From positions 256,001 to 320,000 of the forward strand of contig CAWETU010000001.1 of assembly GCA_963812135.1 (NCBI GenBank): a DNA stretch of 64,000 nt, given 5' to 3'. A model generated the notes under the pieces. The model was given only the letters and a program-made list of their open reading frames with translations. It was not told where the DNA came from and searched no databases. The translations under genes were made by a program, and so were the position numbers. This document shows positions 1 to 8,113 of the stretch, piece by piece. This DNA comes from Vulcanimicrobiota bacterium (GTDB lineage Bacteria > Vulcanimicrobiota > Vulcanimicrobiia > Eremiobacterales > Eremiobacteraceae). Every line of letters starts with the position of its first letter. The stretch's first letter is position 1.

Positions 1-69
1 GGCGTCTTCCCAGCATTGGGCGTAGCGGATAATCGTGAAATCTGATTTCTGCGCGACCTCACTGCGCAT
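1..69 (-). CDS. DUF3419 / BtaA-like SAM-dependent 3-amino-3-carboxypropyl transferase family protein, 5' end only (runs off window)
   Basis: Not in the ORF track. Manual translation from the ATG at 69 gives MRSEVAQKSDFTIIRYAQCWEDA; IRYAQCWED matches the N-terminal Y-x-x-x-WED signature of DUF3419/BtaA. The start overlaps the end of the upstream gene. Confidence 0.7.
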   Translation of the reverse strand, partial: MRSEVAQKSDFTIIRYAQCWEDA

Positions 70-2764
70 GTGCCAGCTCCGCCGCCAGCTGGATGCGGGT
101 CAGCACGCCGGTGGCGCCGTCGAACTCGACGTGGTCGCCGTCTTTGAGCCACGACGTCAGACCTTCGATCGAAACGATCGCCGGAATGCCCATCTCGCGC
201 GCGACGATCGCCGCGTGCGAGAGCAGGCTGCCGCGCTCCACCAAAATGCCGCTCGCGGCGGGGAAGAGCATCACCCAGCTCGGGTCGGTGCGTTCGGCGA
301 CGAGCACGTCGCCCTTGTGCAGCGTCGCCGCATGCGGATCGCGCACGACGCGAACGGTCCCGCGGACTACGCCGGGGCAACACCCGGTCCCGGTGCGCGT
401 CTCGCCTGTCGCACGCGGCGCTGCGCCGTTCGGAATCGGTGGGTCTTCGACGTCGATCGAGACATCGGCGCCATCGACCGGGCCGTGCGTCACGAAGCGA
501 TCGGGCGGTGGGGGCATCTGGCGGTAGCGTTCGAACTCCGCCTTGCGTGCGGCGACGCGAGCTTTGAGGTCAACGGCGGCATCAGGTCTCTCGACCTCTC
601 CGAGCGCCTCGTCGAGCTCGAGGTAGAAGATGTCGCGCGGTTCGTCCAGCAACCCGCGCTCGGCAAAGCACCGGCCCAACGCTATGAAGATCGCGCGGAT
701 GCGGCCGAAGAGCCGCGTGCGCCCGAATCGCAGGTTCTCGCGATCGACGATGCGGCCGCGTGCGTTCTTCACGATCCAGGCGAACATCGCGCGGCGCAGC
801 GGTGCGCGTGCGAGCGCCGTGGCCACGCGCTGTTCCGCCGCCGCACGCAGCGACGGGTGTAGCCCGGTCGCGTCAGCGCTCGCCGGTAACGCCTGCGCTG
901 CGAGCCGTCCAACCGCTCGGAGCAACATCGAGGGATCGTCGCGCAAGGTCGGGCTCTCGAGTTTGAGCTCGCCGTCGCAGCGATCGCCGAATTCGCGCAT
1001 GTAGTTCTCGAGGAGCTCGTTCACGCGACTGTCGCGGCGCAACGCTGCCAACGCGTCGGATGTCGGCGCGTTGGCCAATGCCTCGACAAGCGCCGGCTCG
1101 GCTGCAGCCGCAACGGCGAGCGCGCGGATGGCCGCGGCAGGGCGGGTGCTGATCATGCCGCCTTGCCCGCAGAGCAGATCGTTTTGCAGCGTGCCGGCGC
1201 TGTCGCCGCACCATGTGTTGCACGCGCGCCGCAAGAGGCCGTAGAAGATCATCGCAAAGAAATCATTGATGAGCGGCGCATCCCAATCGTTGACCAAGCG
1301 TTGCTCGAGGCGGCGATATTCGCGCACGATTTCGTCAGGGCCGAGGCCCGCTAGTCGCTGCGGGTCGGACGCGAGCGCGTCGTCGAGCACGTGATAGAAG
1401 CGCCGCATGCGCGCGCGCAGCGTCAGGTGGTGCCACGCCAGCGCCGCGCTCGTGCGCGCGACGGCGAGCGCGTCCGCGAGCCGGCTGCCCGTCTGGGCGC
1501 CGCGCACGTCGGCGAGCACGGACTCAGGCAGCGCCTCCTTGACGCCCATCATCTGTTCCATGAAGCGGCGGTTGATGCGGAATCCGGGCAGCAGCGCGAG
1601 CAAGCGATACCAATTCAGCAGATTGTAGTAGATGCGGCCGCGGATAAGGCCGAGCATGTTGCGAAACGTCTCGTCGTGCGCCGCTGCGACGCGATCGGGG
1701 ATGGCCAAGAGCCGGAAGAACTGGCGGTACGCGCTGTCGTAGGCGTGCTGCGCGAACGTGAAGGTGAGCGGCGTCGTCATGCCGCCGTAGCTCTCCGCGA
1801 TGTTGCTGTTATCCCAGATCGTGATATCGCCGGCGTGTGCTGTCGCGGCCAGCGACGTGATCGGCCGCGCTTGCAACAGATACAGCCGTCCGCTCCGATA
1901 CGCCCACTCGATGTCCTGGGGCGCGCCGAAATGCTGCTCGGCCTTGCGAGCGAGCTGCGCGACCTCGCGCACTGCGGCGTCGTCGAGCGCGGGCTGCTTG
2001 GCATGATCCGTCGAGATCTCGACCGCCTCGACGCCTTCGACGCTCGTCGGACTGCGCCGATGGGCGGCGCGCTTGTCGGCGATGATGCGCTCGACGATGC
2101 GGTCCCCGCGATCGACTTTGTACGTGTCGGCGTCCGCTTCGCCCGAGACAAGCGCGGTGCCCAGCCCGAACACGGCGCTGATCACGGCGATGTCGCGTGC
2201 CCCGCTGACCGGATCGGCGGAAAACGCGACGCCCGACGCGTCTGCGTCGATCATGCGTTGCACCAGCACGACGGGCGGCGCGGGCGCAGGCGCGAGGCCG
2301 CGATTGCCTCGGTACGCGGCCACTCGCTGCGTGAACGCAGATGCCCAGACCCGCGCGACGCGGTCGGCGACCTGATCGGCAGGGACGAAGAGATAGCTTT
2401 CGAGCTGCCCGGCGAAGGATTGTTGCGCGGCGTCTTCGTCGGCAGCGGAGGAGCGCACGGCGAAGACGTCGCCGGAACTCGCCGCGAGCGCGCGCACGGC
2501 GTCGTCAATCGCAGCCACGACGTCCTCGAGCGGCCGCACCGTGCGCAGCGTCGTCAGGTCATCGTCGGTCGGCGAAGCGTGCGAGAGCGCGGCCTGCTGT
2601 TCCGCCGTGAGGCTTGCGCGCCACGCGTCCGTCGAGATCGCGAACCATTGCGGCACCGGCATCCGTGCGGCGGTGAGCGATGCGAGCGCGCTGCCCTTTC
2701 CTCCGAAGCGGGCGATCGCATCGGCTGCGGCGACGTCGTCGCTAGAGCGGACGATGTAGCTCAT
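59..2764 (-). CDS. PEP/pyruvate-binding + swivelling His domain phosphotransferase (rifampin phosphotransferase/PigC-like architecture), substrate unknown
   Basis: N-terminal ATP-grasp motifs GGKG, AVRSSAADED, SFAGQ, SGVAFS, QDIEWA, LLQARPIT; large central domain; C-terminal LLSHAAIVAREMGIP phospho-His domain. Start moved to ATG 2764, which overlaps the upstream stop (ATGA). Confidence 0.85.
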   Translation of the reverse strand: MSYIVRSSDDVAAADAIARFGGKGSALASLTAARMPVPQWFAISTDAWRASLTAEQQAALSHASPTDDDLTTLRTVRPLEDVVAAIDDAVRALAASSGDVFAVRSSAADEDAAQQSFAGQLESYLFVPADQVADRVARVWASAFTQRVAAYRGNRGLAPAPAPPVVLVQRMIDADASGVAFSADPVSGARDIAVISAVFGLGTALVSGEADADTYKVDRGDRIVERIIADKRAAHRRSPTSVEGVEAVEISTDHAKQPALDDAAVREVAQLARKAEQHFGAPQDIEWAYRSGRLYLLQARPITSLAATAHAGDITIWDNSNIAESYGGMTTPLTFTFAQHAYDSAYRQFFRLLAIPDRVAAAHDETFRNMLGLIRGRIYYNLLNWYRLLALLPGFRINRRFMEQMMGVKEALPESVLADVRGAQTGSRLADALAVARTSAALAWHHLTLRARMRRFYHVLDDALASDPQRLAGLGPDEIVREYRRLEQRLVNDWDAPLINDFFAMIFYGLLRRACNTWCGDSAGTLQNDLLCGQGGMISTRPAAAIRALAVAAAAEPALVEALANAPTSDALAALRRDSRVNELLENYMREFGDRCDGELKLESPTLRDDPSMLLRAVGRLAAQALPASADATGLHPSLRAAAEQRVATALARAPLRRAMFAWIVKNARGRIVDRENLRFGRTRLFGRIRAIFIALGRCFAERGLLDEPRDIFYLELDEALGEVERPDAAVDLKARVAARKAEFERYRQMPPPPDRFVTHGPVDGADVSIDVEDPPIPNGAAPRATGETRTGTGCCPGVVRGTVRVVRDPHAATLHKGDVLVAERTDPSWVMLFPAASGILVERGSLLSHAAIVAREMGIPAIVSIEGLTSWLKDGDHVEFDGATGVLTRIQLAAELAHAQ

Positions 2765-3687
2765 CGCTGCACGAGCGCGCTGCCCGCGCGCACGGCCATC
2801 GGAATGACGCCCAGACCGAGGTACATGCCGAGCGTCCACACGCCTGACATGAGCTCGATCGCCTTTGACGCCGCATGCGTCGGCCGCCGCACGAACGTCA
2901 GCGCCGACCAGGCGGCCACAGCCGCCAGCGCGCCGAGCAGCAGCGCACCGGGCAGCGTGAAATTGATCTGCGCCGCTGCTCCGACGCCGAGCGCTGCGGT
3001 CGCGAGCACAGCGCCGAGCCACACGAGCGGAGCGGCGCGGCGGCCCCACAACACCGTGTAGGTCTCCACGCCGCGCTCTTCATCTTCGCTGGCGCGGATC
3101 TTACGGCCGACTTCGATCACGATGCCGTTCACGAAACTCACCGCCAGGAACCAGAAGAGACCGGCCGGTGGTGGTACGCGCGCCACGAGCCAGTCGAAGG
3201 CGGTGACATAGAAGTCGATCAGCGGCATGATGAACATATGCGAAAGCAGGTAGCTGACCGGATGCACCTTCAGCCATCCGCTGACGAAGAACTCTTTCGT
3301 CATCAGCCCGAAATAAGCCCACACGCCGGCGAGAATGAGACACAGCGCCGGATCGATCAGCAGCGCGATGGCCAGCTGGATGAGCGCTCCCGCGACGCCG
3401 ACCACGCCGAGCTCCCGCAGACTGACCAGGCCGCGCTGCACGGGCCGATACGGGCGGTACGCGAGATCGTCGTCGTAGTCTTTGAACTCGTCAGCGATAC
3501 GCAGCTGCGCGAAGAAGATGAACGACGATGCGAAGCCGCTCAGCAACAGCGGCCACGGCGGGAAATGGCTGCTGCCCCGCAGCAGCGCGGAGAAGCACAT
3601 CGCCGAGGCGCTGAACGCCGCGATCAGCGGACCGTGCGCGAGCACCGGAAAGCGCTCGCGCTGGTAGACGATGAAGCGTCCGATCAC
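2761..3687 (-). CDS. UbiA-family prenyltransferase (membrane)
   Basis: About 8 hydrophobic segments; Asp-rich motif ADEFKDYDDD followed by RPYRPVQRG; degenerate second motif EDEERGVETY; ATGA overlaps at both ends. Confidence 0.85.
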   Translation of the reverse strand: MIGRFIVYQRERFPVLAHGPLIAAFSASAMCFSALLRGSSHFPPWPLLLSGFASSFIFFAQLRIADEFKDYDDDLAYRPYRPVQRGLVSLRELGVVGVAGALIQLAIALLIDPALCLILAGVWAYFGLMTKEFFVSGWLKVHPVSYLLSHMFIMPLIDFYVTAFDWLVARVPPPAGLFWFLAVSFVNGIVIEVGRKIRASEDEERGVETYTVLWGRRAAPLVWLGAVLATAALGVGAAAQINFTLPGALLLGALAAVAAWSALTFVRRPTHAASKAIELMSGVWTLGMYLGLGVIPMAVRAGSALVQR

Positions 3688-4880
3688 GCGTGTCGGTCAG
3701 GTTGCGGCTCCGGCGTGCCGCGTGCGAGCCGTTCGTGCGCGCTCGCGAACTCAGCGGCGCAGAGCGCGCCCGAGATCGAGAGCTCGCCGGCGAGGCACAC
3801 GCCGGCGCAGATCTCGGCGAACGCGTTGGCCGGCTGTTCAGCCGGCAGTCCGAGTATGTCGAGACACGCGCGCTGCGATGGCAGCCCGGTCCCGCCGCCG
3901 ACCGCGCCGACGATCACGTTCGGCAGCGTGACGGAGGCGTAGAGGTCACCGTTCTCCGTCAACGTGAAGCGCGAGATGCCGATCGCCGATTCGGCGACGC
4001 ATGCCGCATCTTGGCCGCAGGCGATGTACAGCGCGGCGAGCCCGTTCGCGTAATGCCCCTCGATGCCGATCGCGCCGCTCATCACGGCGCCGACCGCGCC
4101 CATCTGCCAGTATTCGGTCAAATGCCGCGGCGTCGCATGCAGCCATTCCTCGCTCAGCCGTGAAGGCAGCGTCACTTCGGCGATCGCGCGGCGGCCGCGC
4201 AAGCCGAGCATCGACATGACCGTCGCTTTCTTGTCGCCGGAGAAATTGGCTTCGAGGAAGTGATGCTGCGGTTTGACCGGTGAGCGCTGCGCGATGAAGG
4301 TGCACATGGCCTGCGTCGCGATGGTCGCCATGTTCTGGCCGGCCGCCTCGCCGGTGGCGAACGAGAACGTCACGTAGACGCGATTACCTTCCACTGTGGT
4401 GCGCAACGACTCGAGCCGGCCGTGACGAGTGGTCGCGCCAGCGACGCCACGCAGCGCTTCGAGCTGGTCGCGGATCCATGACGCGAACGAGTTCGCTTCG
4501 GCCAGATCGACGAACGCGAAACCCGGTGCGCGGGTCACAGACGACGCATCCACGAGCGCGGTGCAGCCGCCTACCGCGGTGATGAGCTGGGCACCGCGGC
4601 TATAGGAAGCGACGAGCGCAGCTTCGGTCGTGGCCAGCGGCAGGTAGAAATCGCCGCGCGCATGGGCGCCGTTGACGCGCAGCGGCCCGGCAACGCCGAC
4701 CGGCACCTTCACCGTGCCGATGAAGTTTTCGATGTTGCGCGCGAAGGCTGTCAGTCGCGCGAGGGTGTGCGCATCAGCAAGCTCTGCGCGCACGGCATCC
4801 GACGCGCCGAGCTGATCCCAGCGCCGCGCCACCGACTCCGATGTCAGCTGCGCCGATCGATCGATCTTCGGCTTGTCCAC
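3684..4880 (-). CDS. Hydroxymethylglutaryl-CoA reductase family protein (class I-like)
   Basis: Motifs IENFIG, PLATTEAALVASYSRG, TGEAAGQNM, VGGGT, LAGELS and a C-terminal His; GTG start preceded by GAGG. Confidence 0.85.
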   Translation of the reverse strand: MDKPKIDRSAQLTSESVARRWDQLGASDAVRAELADAHTLARLTAFARNIENFIGTVKVPVGVAGPLRVNGAHARGDFYLPLATTEAALVASYSRGAQLITAVGGCTALVDASSVTRAPGFAFVDLAEANSFASWIRDQLEALRGVAGATTRHGRLESLRTTVEGNRVYVTFSFATGEAAGQNMATIATQAMCTFIAQRSPVKPQHHFLEANFSGDKKATVMSMLGLRGRRAIAEVTLPSRLSEEWLHATPRHLTEYWQMGAVGAVMSGAIGIEGHYANGLAALYIACGQDAACVAESAIGISRFTLTENGDLYASVTLPNVIVGAVGGGTGLPSQRACLDILGLPAEQPANAFAEICAGVCLAGELSISGALCAAEFASAHERLARGTPEPQPDRHA

Positions 4881-5024
4881 GGGCCCTCATTTGTACCAGG
4901 CGATGCCCAGTTAGTGACCGGAACGTGCTCTATCCTGGTATTTGCATCGCCGGCGCGCGTACCGTCCCGTGCGCGGGGCACGCGTCCCCGGCTTGAAAGG
5001 CGTCAAGCAGGCGCGAGGGAGCCG

Positions 5025-5652
5025 CTAGGGCCAGCGGAGTTCGAGCGGATCGGTCGCCGGCGTCTTGTCCGCGCCGGTGAGCGCGAAGCCCTCGATCCCG
5101 CCAGGCGATTGTTCGAAATAGCGCGCCGCGTCGCCGCGACCATCGGCGACGAGCTCGCCCACTTTTGCGGTCGTTCCGCCGCGAGTCTCCCACAACGCAT
5201 AGCGCGCATGCGGCGAAAGACCGTCCGCGACGACATAGATCCAATGGCCGTCGGCGGCCTGTATGACCTTGGCGTCGCCGCCCTTGCCGGTCAACGGATG
5301 GTGGACGAAGTGGCTGTGCACGAGCGCATCGACCGGCACGCTGACGGCCTCGTTTCGCAGCTGCACGTTCCACAAGATCAAGCCCAGACACGCCGCGATC
5401 GCGCCGGCGGCGATCCACGTGGACACCGGCCGTCGCGGCCGCAGCACGGTGACGCCGATATCGGGCGACATGCGCTTCACCGGACGTCGGCGCCTCAAGC
5501 GACGCGAGCGCGCCGACGCCTGCCATCGCATCGGCGAGCAACACGGCGCAGGTCGGGCACGTATCCGCGTGGTCGAGCAGCGCGCGCGCGGTCGCGTCGT
5601 CCAAACTGCCGAGCGCGAAGGCCTCGATCTCGTCGTACGGATGTTGCGTCAT
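5025..5652 (-). CDS. Zinc-binding anti-sigma factor (zf-HC2 + TM + RskA-like C-terminus), split by a +1 frameshift near 5487
   Basis: First frame contains HADTCPTC (HxxxCxxC); second frame contains TM WIAAGAIAACLGLILW and RskA-like YALW. Removing one base near 5487 joins them (LEAP-RPVKRMSP). Overlaps the stop of the sigma gene. Confidence 0.8.
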
Positions 5653-6206
5653 GGCGATTGCGACCCCATCGCCCGCGCAAGTCTCGACAATCCGAGTTGT
5701 GCGCGCCGCTTCACCGTGCCCAAGGGCGCGCCGGTCCGCTGCGCGATCTGGGCGAGCGTCATCGAGCCGAAATAGGCATACGTGATCACCGTCTTCTGTT
5801 CCGCCGGAAGCTCTTCGAGCGCCGCGCGCACGCCGTGCGCCGCTTCGTGCGCGGCTACTTCATCGAAAGGATCAGCGGCCACGCCGCCCTCGAAGCTGCG
5901 CTCTTCGCGCGCGTTGCGGCGCGATTCAGAACGCACGATACCGAGCGCCGCGTTGCGGGTGACGGTGAACAGCCATGGCCCGATCCCTCCGGTTCGGACG
6001 ACCAGTCCGTGTCGGTGTTGCCACAGGGCCAAGAACGCTTCTTGCACGGCGTCCTCGGCGCGAGCGTCGTCGTGCAGCACGCGGTAGGCCACACCTTTGC
6101 AGCGCGCCGCGTAGCCTTTATAGGCGTCCTCGAGCGCGGTGGCATCGTCTGCCGCTAGGCGCCGGACGAGTTCTGCGTCCACTCCCTCAGCGATTTCCCT
6201 TGACAC
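5649..6206 (-). CDS. ECF sigma-70 factor (SigK-like)
   Basis: Region 2 AEDAVQEAFLALW...WLFTVTRN; region 4 LPAEQKTVI...TLAQIA...PLGTVKRR; adjacent anti-sigma. Confidence 0.92.
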   Translation of the reverse strand: MSREIAEGVDAELVRRLAADDATALEDAYKGYAARCKGVAYRVLHDDARAEDAVQEAFLALWQHRHGLVVRTGGIGPWLFTVTRNAALGIVRSESRRNAREERSFEGGVAADPFDEVAAHEAAHGVRAALEELPAEQKTVITYAYFGSMTLAQIAQRTGAPLGTVKRRAQLGLSRLARAMGSQSP

Positions 6207-6235
6207 GCATGTTATGTTTAGGTTGTCCGATCACT

Positions 6236-6263
6236 GTATGCCGCGGCTCGTCCCAACGGTTCA
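6236..6263 (-). promoter_or_regulatory. Possible ECF-type autoregulatory promoter
   Basis: Minus strand TGAACC-N16-GCATAC about 30 nt upstream of the sigma start; resembles the AAC-containing -35 of ECF promoters. Confidence 0.35.
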
Positions 6264-6329
6264 TTCGAATCCCCGGGACGTCCCGCCAAGCCGCCGAAAC
6301 AGCCTGTTTTGGGGGCGAGTACAAGGGTA

Positions 6330-6335
6330 TATAAT
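6330..6335 (+). promoter_or_regulatory. Sigma70 -10 element upstream of recQ
   Basis: Perfect TATAAT in a GC-rich background about 125 nt upstream of recQ; no clear -35. Confidence 0.5.
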
Positions 6336-6460
6336 GGTCGGGAAGCCCGACCGAATAACTCGGTCGAGCGACCCGTTGAGCCGGTCCTCAAAACGTATAA
6401 GAGGCCGGCGGTTCGTCATCGGCGACGGGCTAAATTCGACCGCTACAGAGGCAAGAGAAC

Positions 6461-8113
6461 ATGAAGGTCGATCTCGACCTTAACGAAGCGCTCCGCACCC
6501 ATTTCGGCTACGAGAGCTTCCAACCCGGTCAAGAAGAAGTCATCCGGCGTGTGCTGGATGGCAAAGATACGCTTGCCATTTTGGCGACCGGCGCCGGCAA
6601 GTCGCTGTGCTACCAGCTTCCCGCATTGCTGCTGCCGGGCACGACCGTCGTCGTGTCGCCGCTCATCGCCCTCATGAAGGACCAGATCGACATGCTGGCC
6701 GAGGCGGGCATCAGCAGCACGATCGCGCTGAACAGCACGCTCTCCGATGAAGAAGAGATCTCCTATCTCGAGCGCGTGGCGCGCGGCAACCTCAAGCTCA
6801 TCTACGTCACGCCAGAGCGGTTAGAAGATGAGAGCTTCGTCGACGTCCTCAAACGCCTGCACGTGCCGCTGTTCGTCGTGGACGAGGCGCACTGCATCTC
6901 GCAATGGGGCCACGATTTCCGCCCCGCATATTTGAATCTGGGGCGCGTGATCGCCGCGCTCGGCAAGCCAACCGTGCTCGCGCTGACCGCGACCGCGACG
7001 CCCGCCGTGCGCGAAGACATCGTGACGCAGCTCGGCATACCGCATACCAAGCCGATCGTGCGCGGATTCGACCGCCCCAACCTCGTCTATGAGGTGGCGC
7101 GCACCGCGACGGAAGCCGATAAGCTGCGCGTGCTCAAGAACAAATTCAGCGGCTCGCTGTCGGGCGCGCTCGGGATCATCTACACGGCGACGATCAAGAA
7201 CACCTACGCCGTGGCGGAGTACTGCCGCGACGAGCTGGGCATCGAAGCCGACGTGTATCACAGCAAATTGCAAAAGGCCGAACGCGAGCGCGTGCACGAT
7301 CGCTTCATGAACGAAGACGTGAAGATCGTCGTCGCCACCAACGCGTTCGGGCTTGGCATCGACAAACCGAACATCCGCTTCGTGATCCACTACGATTTGC
7401 CGGGCAGCGTCGAGGCGTACACGCAAGAAGCTGGCCGTGCCGGCCGCGACGGCATCGAATCGACCTGCTTGCTGCTGTATCGCCAAAGCGACACGCGCGT
7501 GCAGAACTACTTCCTCACCGGCAAGTATCCCGACGTCGAAGAAGTCCAAAAGGTCTTCGGCACGCTGCAGTACTTCGAGAGCCAAGACAACGGCGTGTCG
7601 CTGTCCGATCTGCGCAAGATCTCGCAGCTGCCGCTGACAAAGCTCAAGGTCATCCTCGCTCTGCTCAAAAAAGGCGGCTTCATCCAGAACGTGACGAAGT
7701 CGACCTACGGCCTGCCGCCGTTGCTCAAGCAGAGCAAGGGCTTGGCGCTCAATCTCGCCAGCTATGAGACCAAGCGTTCGTACGACCAGAGCAAGCTGCA
7801 GATGATCCTGCAGTATTGCGAGACGCGCAGCTGCCGTCGCAAGTTCATCCTCAACTATTTCGGCGAAGATTACGACCTGCCCAACTGCGGCGCGTGCGAC
7901 AACTGCCGTGCGCAGCTCGCCAAGGGCGCGACGATCGAAGTGCTCGACACGCCACGCGTGAGCGAGTTCCGCATCGGCGACATCGTGCACCATCCCAAGT
8001 TCGGGGAGGGCACCGTCGAGCGAGCCGAGCGCGACCTGGTCACGGTGCTGTTCCCGGCGCACGGATACAAGACGCTGCTCGCGACAGCTGTGGCCCGCCA
8101 ACAAATCGCCTAG
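6461..8113 (+). CDS. recQ: RecQ-family ATP-dependent DNA helicase
   Basis: TGAGKSLCYQLP, VDEAHCISQWGHDFRP, LTATAT, ATNAFGLGIDK, QEAGRAGRDG; Zn domain CRR...CGACDNC. Confidence 0.95.
   Translation: MKVDLDLNEALRTHFGYESFQPGQEEVIRRVLDGKDTLAILATGAGKSLCYQLPALLLPGTTVVVSPLIALMKDQIDMLAEAGISSTIALNSTLSDEEEISYLERVARGNLKLIYVTPERLEDESFVDVLKRLHVPLFVVDEAHCISQWGHDFRPAYLNLGRVIAALGKPTVLALTATATPAVREDIVTQLGIPHTKPIVRGFDRPNLVYEVARTATEADKLRVLKNKFSGSLSGALGIIYTATIKNTYAVAEYCRDELGIEADVYHSKLQKAERERVHDRFMNEDVKIVVATNAFGLGIDKPNIRFVIHYDLPGSVEAYTQEAGRAGRDGIESTCLLLYRQSDTRVQNYFLTGKYPDVEEVQKVFGTLQYFESQDNGVSLSDLRKISQLPLTKLKVILALLKKGGFIQNVTKSTYGLPPLLKQSKGLALNLASYETKRSYDQSKLQMILQYCETRSCRRKFILNYFGEDYDLPNCGACDNCRAQLAKGATIEVLDTPRVSEFRIGDIVHHPKFGEGTVERAERDLVTVLFPAHGYKTLLATAVARQQIA

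Noticed and set aside
59..2764. Annotation as ppsA or rifampin-resistance rph
   Set aside because: No C-terminal pyruvate-binding barrel, and the gene is embedded in a biosynthetic-looking operon; architecture alone does not define the substrate.
2765..3049. Extended N-termini in the ORF track (also 7816, 15537, 16442, 43106, 48127, 51958, 57853)
   Set aside because: The extensions overlap neighbouring genes; better starts exist at stop/start overlaps or after an RBS.
1391..3061. Long antisense ORFs (also 10684-12438, 32629-34365, 36800-38434 and many others)
   Set aside because: They shadow well-supported genes on the other strand, are Arg/Ala-rich without motifs, and are expected at this GC content.
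3684..4880. Evidence for a mevalonate pathway
   Set aside because: No other mevalonate genes in the window; one HMGR-family gene is not enough.
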